Of a stretch of DNA of 64,000 nucleotides, positions 51,754 to 63,440 are shown in pieces. The notes under the pieces were generated by a model. That model had not been told where the DNA came from. It searched no databases and was given only the letters and a program-made list of their open reading frames with translations. Origin of the DNA: Octopus bimaculoides (Eukaryota); the NCBI RefSeq assembly GCF_001194135.2, contig NC_068988.1, forward strand, positions 27,941,106-28,005,105, in the 5' to 3' direction. Position numbers and translations under genes: made by a program. Each line of letters opens with the position of its first letter. Position 1 is the first letter of the stretch.

Positions 51754-52646
51754 GTAAATACCTACAAACAATGCTTTTTATCTAACATTCGAAATATTGG
51801 TTGTTCCCAAGGTTTAGATACTATGAATAAACTGGTATTTGAAACTGCTAATTTGTACTGTGAAAATGTCGGCTATCTTCAGGTTGTAGTTTTTATTGTC
51901 TTTGAATATGATGAAAACAATAAAGATTACAACTTGATATTGCTTCTATAATTTCTACTATTTTCTTAAAATATTTTTATTAAACTTACTCATTCTTGTT
52001 TCTGGGTTAATTTATAATTATAATTTGCACATGGCACAAGTGTGACTGTATAGTCAAGAACCTTGCTTCATAACCATAAGGTCTCAGGTTCAGTCCCACT
52101 GCATTGCTCCTTGGGTGAGTGCTTTCTACTAAATCCCGAGGCCAGCCATAACTGTGTGACTGGATTTGGTAGATTGAAACTGAAAGAAGCCTGTTTGTGT
52201 TAGTGTGTGTGTGTCCGCCTGCTATCCACCCTTGTCTTTATATCATGTGATGGTTTGGATGTGACTATCACCTCCATATATGCAAGATTGTTCATTTCCA
52301 GACTTCTACAAAAGAAACATGTCTGGCCATGGAGAAATATTACCTTGCTCTCAAACAGGTGATGGTTGGCAACAAGAGGGGCATCTGGCCAAAGAAAATC
52401 TTCCTCAACAAATTCTTGTGTTGATGAAAAGCTGACAGAATTGTTGACATGTCAGATGAAATGCTTAATGGCATTTTTCAGGCTCACTTATGTTCTGAGT
52501 TCAAATTCTGTCAAGGTTGACTTTGCTTTTTCTCTTTTCAGAGACATTTAAATAAGTACCAGTCAAATACTGGGGTCGATTGACTAATCCCTTCCCCCTG
52601 CTGGCCATCTCCACAATTAGCAAGAATTACAAGTTGTGTTAAAAAT

Positions 52647-52861
52647 CTTTTCTACTCTAGGTGCAAGGCCCAAAATTTTGGGAGAGGGAGCTAGTTGATT
52701 AGATCAACCCCAGTATGCAACTGGTACTTAATTTATCAACCCCGAAAGGATAAACAGCAAAGTCGGCCTTGGCAGAATTTGAACTCAGAACATAAAGACC
52801 GACAAAATACTGCTAAGCATTTTGCCCAGCGTGCTAACATTTCTGCCTGCTCACCGCCTTG
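52647..52861 (-). mobile_element. tRNA-derived SINE with 17-bp TSD, ~100 bp upstream of the 52962 exon
   Basis: CAAGTTGTGTTAAAAAT at 52630-52646 and 52862-52878. Confidence 0.9.
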
Positions 52862-52961
52862 CAAGTTGTGTTAAAAATGTCATCATGATGCTATTGTTAA
52901 GTTTATTTTCATTGTTACTTGTGTTAAATATTGGCAATATGATGTTTTTCTCACATTCTAG

Positions 52962-53180
52962 AATTCATAACTGGAAAATCTTTGAGACTGCTCGAGCTGC
53001 TAAAAAAGCATCCCAAAGAATGAAAGATAAACGAAGCAGTTCTCTTTTCTTGAAAGCTGCAGGTGGTGATAGCAGTACCCCAGGATCTGCTAGTGTCTCA
53101 GTGAGAAGCTCCCTCTATTTGTCTGACGGAGAATCCTTTATTAGTGATGGCTACAATGCTGATTTGGACAGTATGTCTGG
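52962..53180 (+). CDS. TRAK1: TRAK/Milton coding exon: (R)IHNWKIFETARAAKKASQRMKDKRSSSLFLKAAGGDSSTPGSASVSVRSSLYLSDGESFISDGYNADLDSMS(G)
   Basis: ttctAG acceptor, GG|GTAAGG donor, phase 2/2; K(I/V)FET motif, then a Ser-rich linker. Confidence 0.92.
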
Positions 53181-55889
53181 GTAAGGAACCTACTTTGTAT
53201 TTCTTACTGGATCTAAGATCAAATGTGTATTGACATTTCGGTCCCCTGTCTCTCTATCTAACAAGATAACATTTTCCCACTGGCAACTTCTATTTTCCGT
53301 TTGGATATTTTTATTTCAGTCTTTCACTTACCTGTGTAGGTCAGAACAATCCAATTTAAATTTACAATTTCTATGCATAAAATGAAATGAAATTCTTATT
53401 GAGTGTATTTAAAACAAGAACTAGTAAAACAGCTTGTTAAGGTACCACCTAAATCATGAGATCGTTATCTCCCCCAGCATTTTATTTATAGCTTTTTTTT
53501 GTCTTCCTGAAAATTAAATATGTCAAAATTTCTCTTGATCTTTGATTCCAGTCATCCACGGATTTTATTTTTTTTATTTTTTTTTATTGTTCATTAAAGC
53601 TATATTTTTTTAATTTTTTTTATTACAAAACTTTTCAACAAAATATATATATGTCTATTTTTCAAGATGGCCACCTTTCAGAGCTTACAGGTATTGTACA
53701 TTTCTGAGCTGAACGTTTCCTTGACTACATATGTATATAATCTAGTGCTTGGGAGAAAATTCCCACATTTCCAGAGTTTCACAGCTAACATTTGCTAATA
53801 TATAATAGAAAAAAAAAATCTGATGACATATTTTTTACTCATACAATTTAATTGAAATATCAAAGCTGCTTGGCATTCATTATTTTTCTCAGGTGGTAGG
53901 GAAGTCCTTTAAATAATCAATCTGTGCAATAATTAATTTGGCATAAAAACTAATCTATTTTTACAATTTCAACTTTTAGTTGTTTCCAAAATATGTATCT
54001 GAAACCTATATCTGACTTATACAAAAACAGAGGAGATTCTTGTTGCGATTATTTCTCAGAATGTATATTTCTTTAAACATTTAAAGTAAAGGAAAGAATT
54101 AACTCCACTTAAAGAAAATAATGATAATAATTAACAGGTACAAAAAGGTAGATTAATTTTTTGTATTACTAAATAAATATTAGGTGATGCATTAAAATGA
54201 AATTACTTATATTTCTAAATTTGATGCAAGCTTAACTATATGGTTAAAAAGCTCACTTTGCAACCGAGTCATTTTGGGTTCAGTCCCACTGCATGGCACC
54301 TTGGGCTGACCAAAACCTTGTGAGTGAATTTGGTGGACAGAAACTGTGTAGGAGCTTGTCATGTATATAAATCATCCCTGTAAGAAGTGTCCTTGCTGTA
54401 AAATTGACATGCATGGTTCAAGTCTTCTGACTTCTTGGAGAAGGCAGTGGAATGTCTGATGCAATTAGTTATAAACAACAATTATTTTCTGGCATTTATT
54501 ACTTGTAATTTTTCTATAAAAGTTATTAGATTTAAAGATAATTTATTATGATATAATCACAGTATAGTGTGATTTTGTTAAAATATCTATTGGGCTTAGA
54601 TTATGAAATTGTAATGACAAAAACAGTCACATATTGGAGAATGACTTAGAAGAAAGTTTAATCTTCAATATTTTTATTTACTTAAATTACACACACAAAC
54701 TGTGTGTGTGTGTGTAATCTTATTAGAAAAATTAAGACCAAAATCAAAAATAGTATTTCATCTTTTTATTTCACATCCCAACCGGTTTTTACTCTGAGTT
54801 CTTCAAAAGAAAATGAGAAAGAGTAGGTTTTTAAGCAGTTACTGTCCAAGGGAGACTGACAGGCAGATACAATAGTAAGAATCCGATTTGGCAGACAAAT
54901 ACATTAATGAGAATATGTATGAGTAATGAGAACTCATTAGGTGATGAAAACGATTGCTGTAGTGATAGTTTGGGATTGTTTTTATTGTTTCCATTTTACT
55001 CTGTATGTATTATTTGTGGAATAGATTGACATGTTTAGCTATTATCTTAGCAGCTGATGTGTTGATGCTTTTCTTAGTATCAATCACTAGTTTCAGTTAG
55101 ATAGACTGAAATAGCTGAGTTAAACCATACAAGTTTCTTTTTATTCTGTCTCTTTTTTTTATTTCTCTCATTCTCTTTTACTCTTTAACACACACAGAAT
55201 ACATACACACACACCACAACACACCACACTGCAACACAACACAACCACACTGCAACATGCTACACAGCAACACACCACACTGCACCACACCACACCACAA
55301 CACAACACACTTTAGACAAAGGACCTTAGGTTCCCAGACATAAACACCAATCCTTATCCTGCAAACACCAATTAGTAGTTTCCAGGAAACTTTATAAATA
55401 ATATGAAATGTCTTGAAATTAGTATCAAAGCTCTGAAAATCTGGAATTTTATTGCCTCTATTTCCAGTGCTTTTATATATATAAAATATACTTTTTTACA
55501 TTTAAATAAAAAAAAAAAGCTCTGAGTTTTTAAGAGGAAAACAACTTTGTATTGAGTCAAATATTATTAGAAAACTCTGAAATTTTCTTTGTCATCACAG
55601 ACTAGGTCAATATATGAACTGCTTTAATTCAGTATATCCCAATCTATTTTGATTTGCTGATGAAGATAATATTTATAATTACTTTAGATTGTGTGACTGC
55701 GTAGGTCAAATATTAAATTGTATCATTACAATTTCTTCTTGTATCTTGAATATAGATATAAATATTAGCTACACAACCTTATGTGAGTGTATGTATGTAT
55801 ATATATATATATATGTGTGTGTGTATGTATATGTCTATATGTGTGTATGTATATGTGCATATGTATGTATGTGTATGTATGTTTATGTG

Positions 55890-55944
<55 letters not shown>

Positions 55945-56085
55945 CTATCACACGCTACACACCTTCCTTCCAAGTACTGCTGTAAACAGCAGAAGTGAGC
56001 TAGAACATTGAAACTTAGTGTGCATGCACAGCAGAGTTCAAGGTCAATCTTTGCCAAGCGGCTTCACTCTGCATACTTTAGCTTT

Positions 56086-56099
56086 GTTGCTATGACAAC
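56086..56099. promoter_or_regulatory. RFX X-box-like element GTTGCTATGACAAC
   Basis: 12 of 14 positions match GTTGCCATGGCAAC. Confidence 0.4.
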
Positions 56100-57285
56100 A
56101 GTCCGAATACTTATTGATCAGACCTCATATATTGACTAATTCTCTATACCGATCTGGAAGTTCATTAATAAAGAACAGTTCCTTTTAATTTTTCAACAAG
56201 CCTTTATGTTTAGAAGAATCATATCCATGGGTACTTTCCTTTGGAATCTGAAATATTAACTGAAGCTTTTCTTGTACATTTACAAACAGTATTTTCACCA
56301 AATATTTCATGCATGCTTTCAAAGTTTTTGGGGAAAAAAAGTAAACAGATATGGCTTAACTTATTAGAAATACTGTTTTGTCAAATCGAAAGGTCAGCCA
56401 TGTCAGATTTGATACCAAGTTCATAGAGTTCTGCTTGCTAAAATCGCCACTATGCCCCGGTGCATACTTCACCTAACTGTGAACATGGTCTCTTTTTATT
56501 GCAATAAAATAGAAAATAACCCAAGAATAATTTTTTAAGTCCAGGGGTATCATAAAGTCTTTGTGCAATTTTTTTTTACTTAAATTTAAACATGTACAAA
56601 GCTTTTATAATGGCACTATGTATAAAAGAAAAAAATGAGTGTTAAAATACAATTCTTTAAGCAAGTATCTGTTGGGTACGTTTATAAAAGAAGTTGTTGT
56701 TGCACTGGTTCATCTAATTTGAAGAGGGTGCATACAAACAGATAAACAGAATGAGAATGTTAGGGGTATATATATAGAGATGAGCTTTAAAAATAATTTC
56801 CCTATCAGATATTGTGCGCTTATTTATTCTTCTAAATGTAATTCAAACACAAATCAATACACTTGGTTTCATATATATATATTAGGTTGCTCTAATCTGT
56901 GATGACTTTAGTCTATCTTCTCTCTATTAACAACTTAAAAGCTGTTTTCATTTACCTTTGTTTGCTTAGCTATTTTGGGCTTTTTTTGAAATTTGTTGGA
57001 GCATGAATTCCATTTCAATTTGAAAGGAAAAAAACAAAAAAAAAACAGCTTCTTTTTGCCTTCTGTTCATAGTCGTGTGAGCGTGTGTTGCTCGATTGCT
57101 GTGCCTGCTGTTATTCTATTGCTATTTCAGCTGCAGGTGGTCTTCAATAATTCTGTGCACAGCTGTCTTGTTATGTATTTATATATATATATATAAATAT
57201 GCATATGCACATGTGACTTTATTTATTTAGTAGTTGTTGTTCAGAAACTGAGTAAACTGATTTAGCAACAGGATTCCAAATACAC

Positions 57286-57329
<44 letters not shown>

Positions 57330-57934
57330 GCTTAAACTAATATAAAGTTCATAAAAACTTGTCCTTCTTGTATTGTCATCTTTCTGTGCTCATTGCTTTC
57401 TTTCATCTCTCTCTCTCTCTCTCTCTCCCTCCCTCCCTATTTATGTATGTATGTCTCTATGTATGTGTGTGTATATGTGCGTGTGTATGAGTATTGAATA
57501 TTTGATATTTCTTTTAAATCAATCAACCGCCTACAAAAGTTCACTAAAAATCACAATATGAAAAAGAAATGCAATCTCTGTTGCTAGATCAAATCAATAA
57601 TTCTATTGCAGTTATCAATAGCAGTTTCTTTTAACTATTATATTTTTCTGATCAGTATGACCATATTTATATCAAACAAAAATAATTGGTTCTATTTTTG
57701 GTAGTAAACTTTGAAATCCTACTCAAGCACAACTTGGCAGCTCATTCTCTCTTGCATATATAAATAAACTACATGGTTTGAATGTGCACATTCTCAGTTC
57801 TCTTTAGGTCTTGTATCTCGTAGCTTACATTTTTTTAACTTAGCAACTTTCTTCAGTCACATTTCTCTTTATGTGTGCATCTGAATGAGTGTACGTCATA
57901 TCTGTCATCATATATAATAATAATAATAATAATA

Positions 57935-58200
57935 ATAATCATGAAATTATTGCGTATAGTGCTCAGGTGCACCACAACTCATCAAAGGTGTATGTACAGT
58001 ACATGGAATTATGTACAAAAGTCAGGAAAGTGAACAGTGTATGAGTCATGATATACATATGTGCATGCGTATGGAGGGGGGAATATCAGGTGTAGTGTTG
58101 GTGAATTTCAGGAAGCATAGAGGTTTTAAAGAATGCAATGTCTCAGCAACTAAGGAACAAGTGGTCTCGTCATTCTTATCTTCAGAAATGTGGCAGACCA
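57935..58200 (-). mobile_element. CR1-type LINE 3' end with (TTA)n tail
   Basis: Collinear with 2319-2560 (GCTCAGGTGCAC(C/T)ACAACTCATCAA...CAGGAAAGTGAAC...GGTGTAGTGTTGGTGAATTTCAGGAAGC). Confidence 0.8.
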
Positions 58201-58247
58201 ATGATAGGCCTATAAAAACCTGCAATCAACAAATAAATATATATATT

Positions 58248-58450
58248 AGGGGGTACTGAAAAGTTCCTGGCTTAAAGGTTATCATGAAAGGCCTGGTTGC
58301 AGGCCCAACCTTCCAAGTTCTTTTATAGGGCTTAAAAAAACTGAAGGACTGCTGCAATAAGTGTGTAATTCTGAAAGGGGAATATGTTGAATAAAACTGA
58401 TCCTCCTGCATTTTCTTTTACCCAAAATCAGGAACTTTTCAGCACCCCCT
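58248..58450. mobile_element. Mariner-derived MITE
   Basis: 22-bp TIRs AGGGGGTACTGAAAAGTTCCTG / CAGGAACTTTTCAGCACCCCCT (1 mismatch); internal mariner 3'-end-like GGGGAATATGTTGAATAA. Confidence 0.85.
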
Positions 58451-59637
58451 TGTGTGTGTGTATATGTATGTATACACACACATACCTTGTTTTCTTCTCT
58501 TTTTGTCAGAGACATGGCAGATATAAGGTTTCTGAGATGATCTTCAGACCTTCACTATTTGATAATTATTTTAGGTTTAGCACACTATATTTGTTATGGG
58601 TGTGGTCCTTATATTTATAATGTAATTGTATAGTCTAGTTTAAAGATAGCAGAGACTCGAGATAGTAGCAAGTACGTTAAGGGAAATTTTATCTGCTAAT
58701 TTGGTAGAAGCACCTAAATGTTGGTTATGTTTGATAGAGGCATTCCAGCACAGAACGTATTCATTGAAAACAAACTTCAAAATATATGTACAATATGGTT
58801 TCTCTCATGGTACAGTGTGGCATATCTTAGTCTTACATACTGCTTAAAAATAGTTTCTGAACTTTCTACTCAATTATTCTGAAACATTATTTTATAAATA
58901 TTGGGAAGACACCATCATTACATCAAAAAATTTATTTTAAACCATTATTCTCATCTTCTTCATATTTCTTAATCATCTTACTTGTATTAACAAGTATAGC
59001 CAGAGGGAGCCACATGTCTCATTTATTACTAATTCATCAAACAAGACAAATGATTAGCCAACTACTTCTCTTGTTTCTAATCTATAATTTTAACTAGAAA
59101 ACCTCCCAAATCTATGATTCCTTACATTGTATCCAAAAAGAATTTCTTCTATCAAATACTGTTTTCTCCTCCACATGCATATTTTCTCCACTGCTTCTCA
59201 ATGTTTACATGTAGCATCTTACACTGATATTACAATCCTGTTCTTTCACATTCCATCCATAATAGCGATACACACCACAAATTCTAGCTATACACACCTC
59301 GAATTCTAAGCCTTGTGTATGACACAAAGATAGCATAATAACTAAATCTCCAAAAGAATAAATACCCTCTCAGCACTCCTTAATCCAACTTGTGGTCAAA
59401 ATAAGGGAAAGCTGGCGCCACTTTATCAGCAGAACATCAAGTCTATCATAGACTTTGCCTATCTTATTGGCTTTTAATGTTTGTATTAAAACTGCAATAA
59501 AATAAAAGATTGAAGAAAGAACCGTAATTATATGTCGTTACCTGCTACCAGCATACCGTGCTCATTGATCACAAATAATAAAACCAATATAATCAAATTC
59601 AATGTGTTCAGTTGTTGATTAGTCTGTTCCAAGTTGT

Positions 59638-59651
59638 GTTGCCATGGCAAC
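59638..59651. promoter_or_regulatory. Perfect RFX X-box palindrome GTTGCCATGGCAAC
   Basis: Exact 14-bp canonical RFX palindrome in apparently non-repetitive intron sequence; function not shown. Confidence 0.6.
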
Positions 59652-61300
59652 ATCCAAATCCGTTAATCACAAGAACCACTATTATAGTAATGTTTTAAAT
59701 ACTTTGGGTACAAAGACCAGTGTTAGTTTTGCAAACTCTTCATCATCATCATATTATATTTGCTTTCCATGCCAGCATGGGTTGGTCGGTTAATCAAAGC
59801 TTGAGTCAGTTCTTAAAGGGAGCCACCACCATCATATACAGGTCAGAGAGCCATATCTAACTCATATGCTTTGTTTTTTACTTGATTTCTGCAGTTGGAT
59901 GCCTTTATGAATAACTAACTATAGAAAGTTCTAATGAAGTAAGAGCTGACCCTGTTTGCCTTCTAAGCATATTAAAAAAAAGAAAAAAAGACTGAATAAT
60001 AAATTGGAAGGAATGTAGCCATACTACATTCTATGCAGCTAATGCTGTCTAGTAGATTGTGCATCTTGATCTCAGAGCATTCTAAAGTGTCTGTGTATGT
60101 ATATATGTATATAATCTGGTGTGCTGAATGTGCGTCACTCAACTGTTCTATTGACGATACATGATCGAAGCTTACTGGATTCACATGTAACTTATGTATT
60201 TTTCACTAGATTTCCCCTCACTACTTACGAGAGAATAAGTTGTTGTTGGTGAAAGATTTGAGTTCCTATAATAGTTTCATTATATCCCACCAGTTGCAAT
60301 CTGTTATTTGGATATATTCAATGTCCCTAATGTGTGAACTGTTCTAAAAATAGTCTTCAGTTTTCATATAGAAACATTCATCATAAATCAGTATGTAGTA
60401 CAGTGTATGGGCGTTATACACCTTGAATTAAGCCTACACTTAGCCCTGTAAATAAATTAGTCTGTCTTTAATGTTTTTGCATTCCTCTACTGATATAATT
60501 ATTTTCTGTCTTAGTACCAGAGAATTTACTTTGAAAGTAGCAAATATAAAATATAGAAAATATAAAATTATTCTTTAGCTTCTGACTTGGTCCTGTTTCA
60601 TAATAATAATAATAATATAAAAAGAGAATGACCTAGCAATGTCCTAAAACTTTCAGACATTCCTTAATTTTCCTGGAGAATAACTTTTGAAATTCTCTGT
60701 AAAAAAAAAATATTGTGTTTATAATGGGGTGTAAGGCTAAGTGTCTTGTATTATATATTTTCATTGTCCTGCATTCTGTTTCCAAATCCTGCCAAGATTG
60801 ATGAAATGGGTGTTGTGTTTAATCAGTCAGCTATATTTTCTCTTATTTAAAAATATTGACATTGTCACCCATTCAAAAAATATCAATTAGACAACAAGCT
60901 AAAAACTTCTTCCATTAATTGTTTCTCAATTTATGTGAGACTAACTTAACTAATGTCTTCGTTTTTTGCATTTACGTTTCATACAACTTAACATGGTTTA
61001 TTTTCTGATATCTAAAAATTGATTTGAATTCTGATCTTTAAAATATTAATGGTGAAATGACTCTACTTCAAAAGTGTATCGTATAAGAAAGGATTAATTT
61101 GTATATCTCTGAAGACTTGAAACTAGCAGAGAAAAAAATGTATCACTTCTTTATGTACATTTGAATGGGAATCAGATATTGGAGATCAACTCTTTTTGTT
61201 TTTACGTGTTTGCAATATTATTTGACTGTTTCACCAATATTTCAAATAAGCAGAGTGTGTCAATTTCTTATTAACCTTCTCCCTGCTATGTGCTATACAG

Positions 61301-61477
61301 TTCCAACTCTACTAACATTGGCCGTCCTGGTGTGCCTGGGTCCAATGATTTAGAAACAGCCCTAAGACGTTTGTTGGTCAAACGACCGTGGGATATTAAT
61401 GACAAAGATGGTAAGAGTTCTTCTGACTCTAGTAAAGAAAATGAAAAGACACAAATCTCTTTGGATCCCACATTCAG
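61301..61477 (+). CDS. TRAK1: TRAK/Milton coding exon: SNSTNIGRPGVPGSNDLETALRRLLVKRPWDINDKDGKSSSDSSKENEKTQISLDPTF(S)
   Basis: tacAG acceptor; GxPGSxDLExALRRL motif. The donor AG|GTTGGC after 61477 was chosen because it is the only donor I found that keeps phase 2 with the next exon; a stronger-looking donor lies after 61410, so the 3' boundary is less certain. Confidence 0.85.
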
Positions 61478-61516
61478 GTTGGCAAAATTCTTTCATTCTT
61501 CGTTTAACACAGTATC

Positions 61517-61859
61517 TACCATATTTACTTGTATAAAAGTCACACCCCTAATTTAATCTAGATATGAAATTTTCTCCCCTCATGTTCAAACTTGATATCA
61601 GCTTTGCTACACACACACGCACACGCACGCACACACACACGCACACACACACGCACGCACGCACACGCACGCACNNNNNNNNNNNNNNNNNNNNNNNNNN
61701 NNNNNNNNNNNNNNNNNNNNNNNNNNNNNNNNNNNNNNNNNNNNNNNNNNNNNNNNNNNNNNNNNNNNNNNNNNNNNNNNNNNNNNNACGTTATACTTCA
61801 GTTTTTATTTAGTTAAAAATCACTAAAATATTGTGACTTACACACCAGTAAATATGGTA
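61517..61859. mobile_element. Tc1/pogo-type MITE spanning a (CA/CG)n repeat and an assembly gap
   Basis: Inverted termini TACCATATTTACTTGTATAAAAGTCACA / TGTGACTTACACACCAGTAAATATGGTA; related fragments at ~27070-27160 and ~37760-37915. Confidence 0.78.
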
Positions 61860-62665
61860 TTTACCAATTCTTGAAACTGGGGACTTTCTTTTTTTTATTC
61901 TATTTTGCTTTATTGAAATCTATTTTGATTCTTCATACTAATTTATTTTCACACTTTTTTTTTTTGATCCACTTTATACTAATTCATTTTGTTATACATT
62001 ATGATTGGTGTGATAAAAATTTAAAAGCTATTGTAAAATGGACTTTATTGGATGCTTTGCTTCGGCACTGCCATCTGTAATTGCCGTTACTATTCTTGTT
62101 TGTTTTAATTAAAGTTTAATTAATATACCCTTATGATACGCTGTCCACAAGTTGTACAGGCAATCCTATCTCACTTTCTGTCAATATGTTTGGAAGGTAC
62201 CAAATATAATTGAAAAAAATAATCTGCACGAAAAGGATGGTCAGCATGATTATTAATTGTATTACCTCATTCCCAGTAATTAATTCAGTCAGATTTAATC
62301 AATATTAAAATGAAATTTGTGTACATTATAAACCTAAGATGTGCAATTACTGAAAGATAGTTTACATCTTACTGGTTTCATGAAAACAAACTGTTATAAA
62401 AATTTGACTGATTTTTGTTTTAACCCTTTGCCCACTCCCTCTTGCTTGTGTGCCCTAGACCCATCTTGCTCGTTTCTTACATCTGTTAATTTGTGAAGTT
62501 TGGTTTCACTTGATACATTTCGTTTTGTTTCTGTTAGACATCAGTTTTTAAAATAAAAAAACCTGTCATCATTACTTATTGATCAGGTTCCAAATGATTT
62601 TAAGGTGTCTGTTTATTATTGAAATAAATTTTAAATTATTTGGTATTGTTTTTTATTTATTTCAG

Positions 62666-62805
62666 TGATGGCTTCAGCACACCTATGCTCTCTGGCACAC
62701 CTGAGAGCATGTTGTCATCAGGAGTATCTGCATTATCTGCCACTGGGAGTGCAGGTTTGCATTTTAAGATACCCGAAAAATTACAAATTGTCAAACCAAT
62801 GGAAG
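62666..62805 (+). CDS. TRAK1: TRAK/Milton coding exon: DGFSTPMLSGTPESMLSSGVSALSATGSAGLHFKIPEKLQIVKPME(G)
   Basis: tttcAG acceptor, G|GTAAGG donor, phase 2/1; Milton-domain PEKLQIVKP(L/M)EG motif. Confidence 0.95.
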
Positions 62806-62912
62806 GTAAGGTTACAATAAATCTTTGAAATCTGTTTAGATGTTTGATACCAATTTATTTTTTATACACATTTTTTCATCCACTTTATACTAATTTATTT
62901 GTTATACATTAT

Positions 62913-63440
62913 TTGGAATTTGAAATTTGAACCTGAAATCGAATCCGACGACTGGCACCTATGCCAACCTCTCCTTCATTGGACACTAAACTCTGCTTGT
63001 GAAGACCTGTTGGGGCAAGTGAAATCGAAATTGAACCATTCTTGATGACTGGTCACCGTGCCAGTGGGGCACTAACAGCACTGTCGAGCGTGTTCATTGC
63101 CAGAGCAGCTGTCTGGCTTCTGTGCTAGTGGCCCGTAAATAGCACCATTAGAGCGTAATCATTACCAGCGTTGCCTTCTAGCACTTGTGCTGATGGCACG
63201 TTAGAAAATCATTCGAGCAAGGTCATTGTCAGTGCCGCTGGACTGGCCCTCGTGCCGGTGGCATGTAAAAGCACCCACTACACTCTCGGAGTAGTTGGCG
63301 TTAGGAAGGGCATCCAGCCGTAGAAACTCTGCCAGATCAGATTGGATCCTGGTGCAGCCTTCTGGCTTGCCAGCCCTCCGTCAAATCGTCCAACCCATGC
63401 TAGCATGGAAAGCGGACGTTGAATGATGAAGATGATGATG
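62913..63440 (+). mobile_element. 5'-truncated RTE LINE 3'UTR insertion with ATTAT TSD
   Basis: Ends ...GCATGGAAAGCGGACGTTGAATGATGAAGATGATGATG; ATTAT at 62908-62912 and 63441-63445; removing it restores the duplicated flank seen at 61960-62085. Confidence 0.85.

Larger units (their letters stand above)
6127..62805 (+). other. TRAK1: Partial multi-exon gene, trafficking kinesin-binding protein (TRAK1/TRAK2/Milton family); 11 coding exons in the window, both ends outside it
   Basis: Spliced exons give [41 protein letters not shown]...QLKHDLSMKDELL...GSNDLETALRRL...PEKLQIVKPMEG, the HAP1_N and Milton-domain motifs. Exon lengths 77+117+101+94+79+131+75+218+219+177+140 = 1428 nt with consistent phases. 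Invertebrates usually have one Milton/TRAK gene, so TRAK1 is a nominal symbol. Confidence 0.95.

Noticed and set aside
55196-55312. Irregular (ACACC/ACAAC)n tract
   Set aside because: Degenerate compound microsatellite with no additional structure
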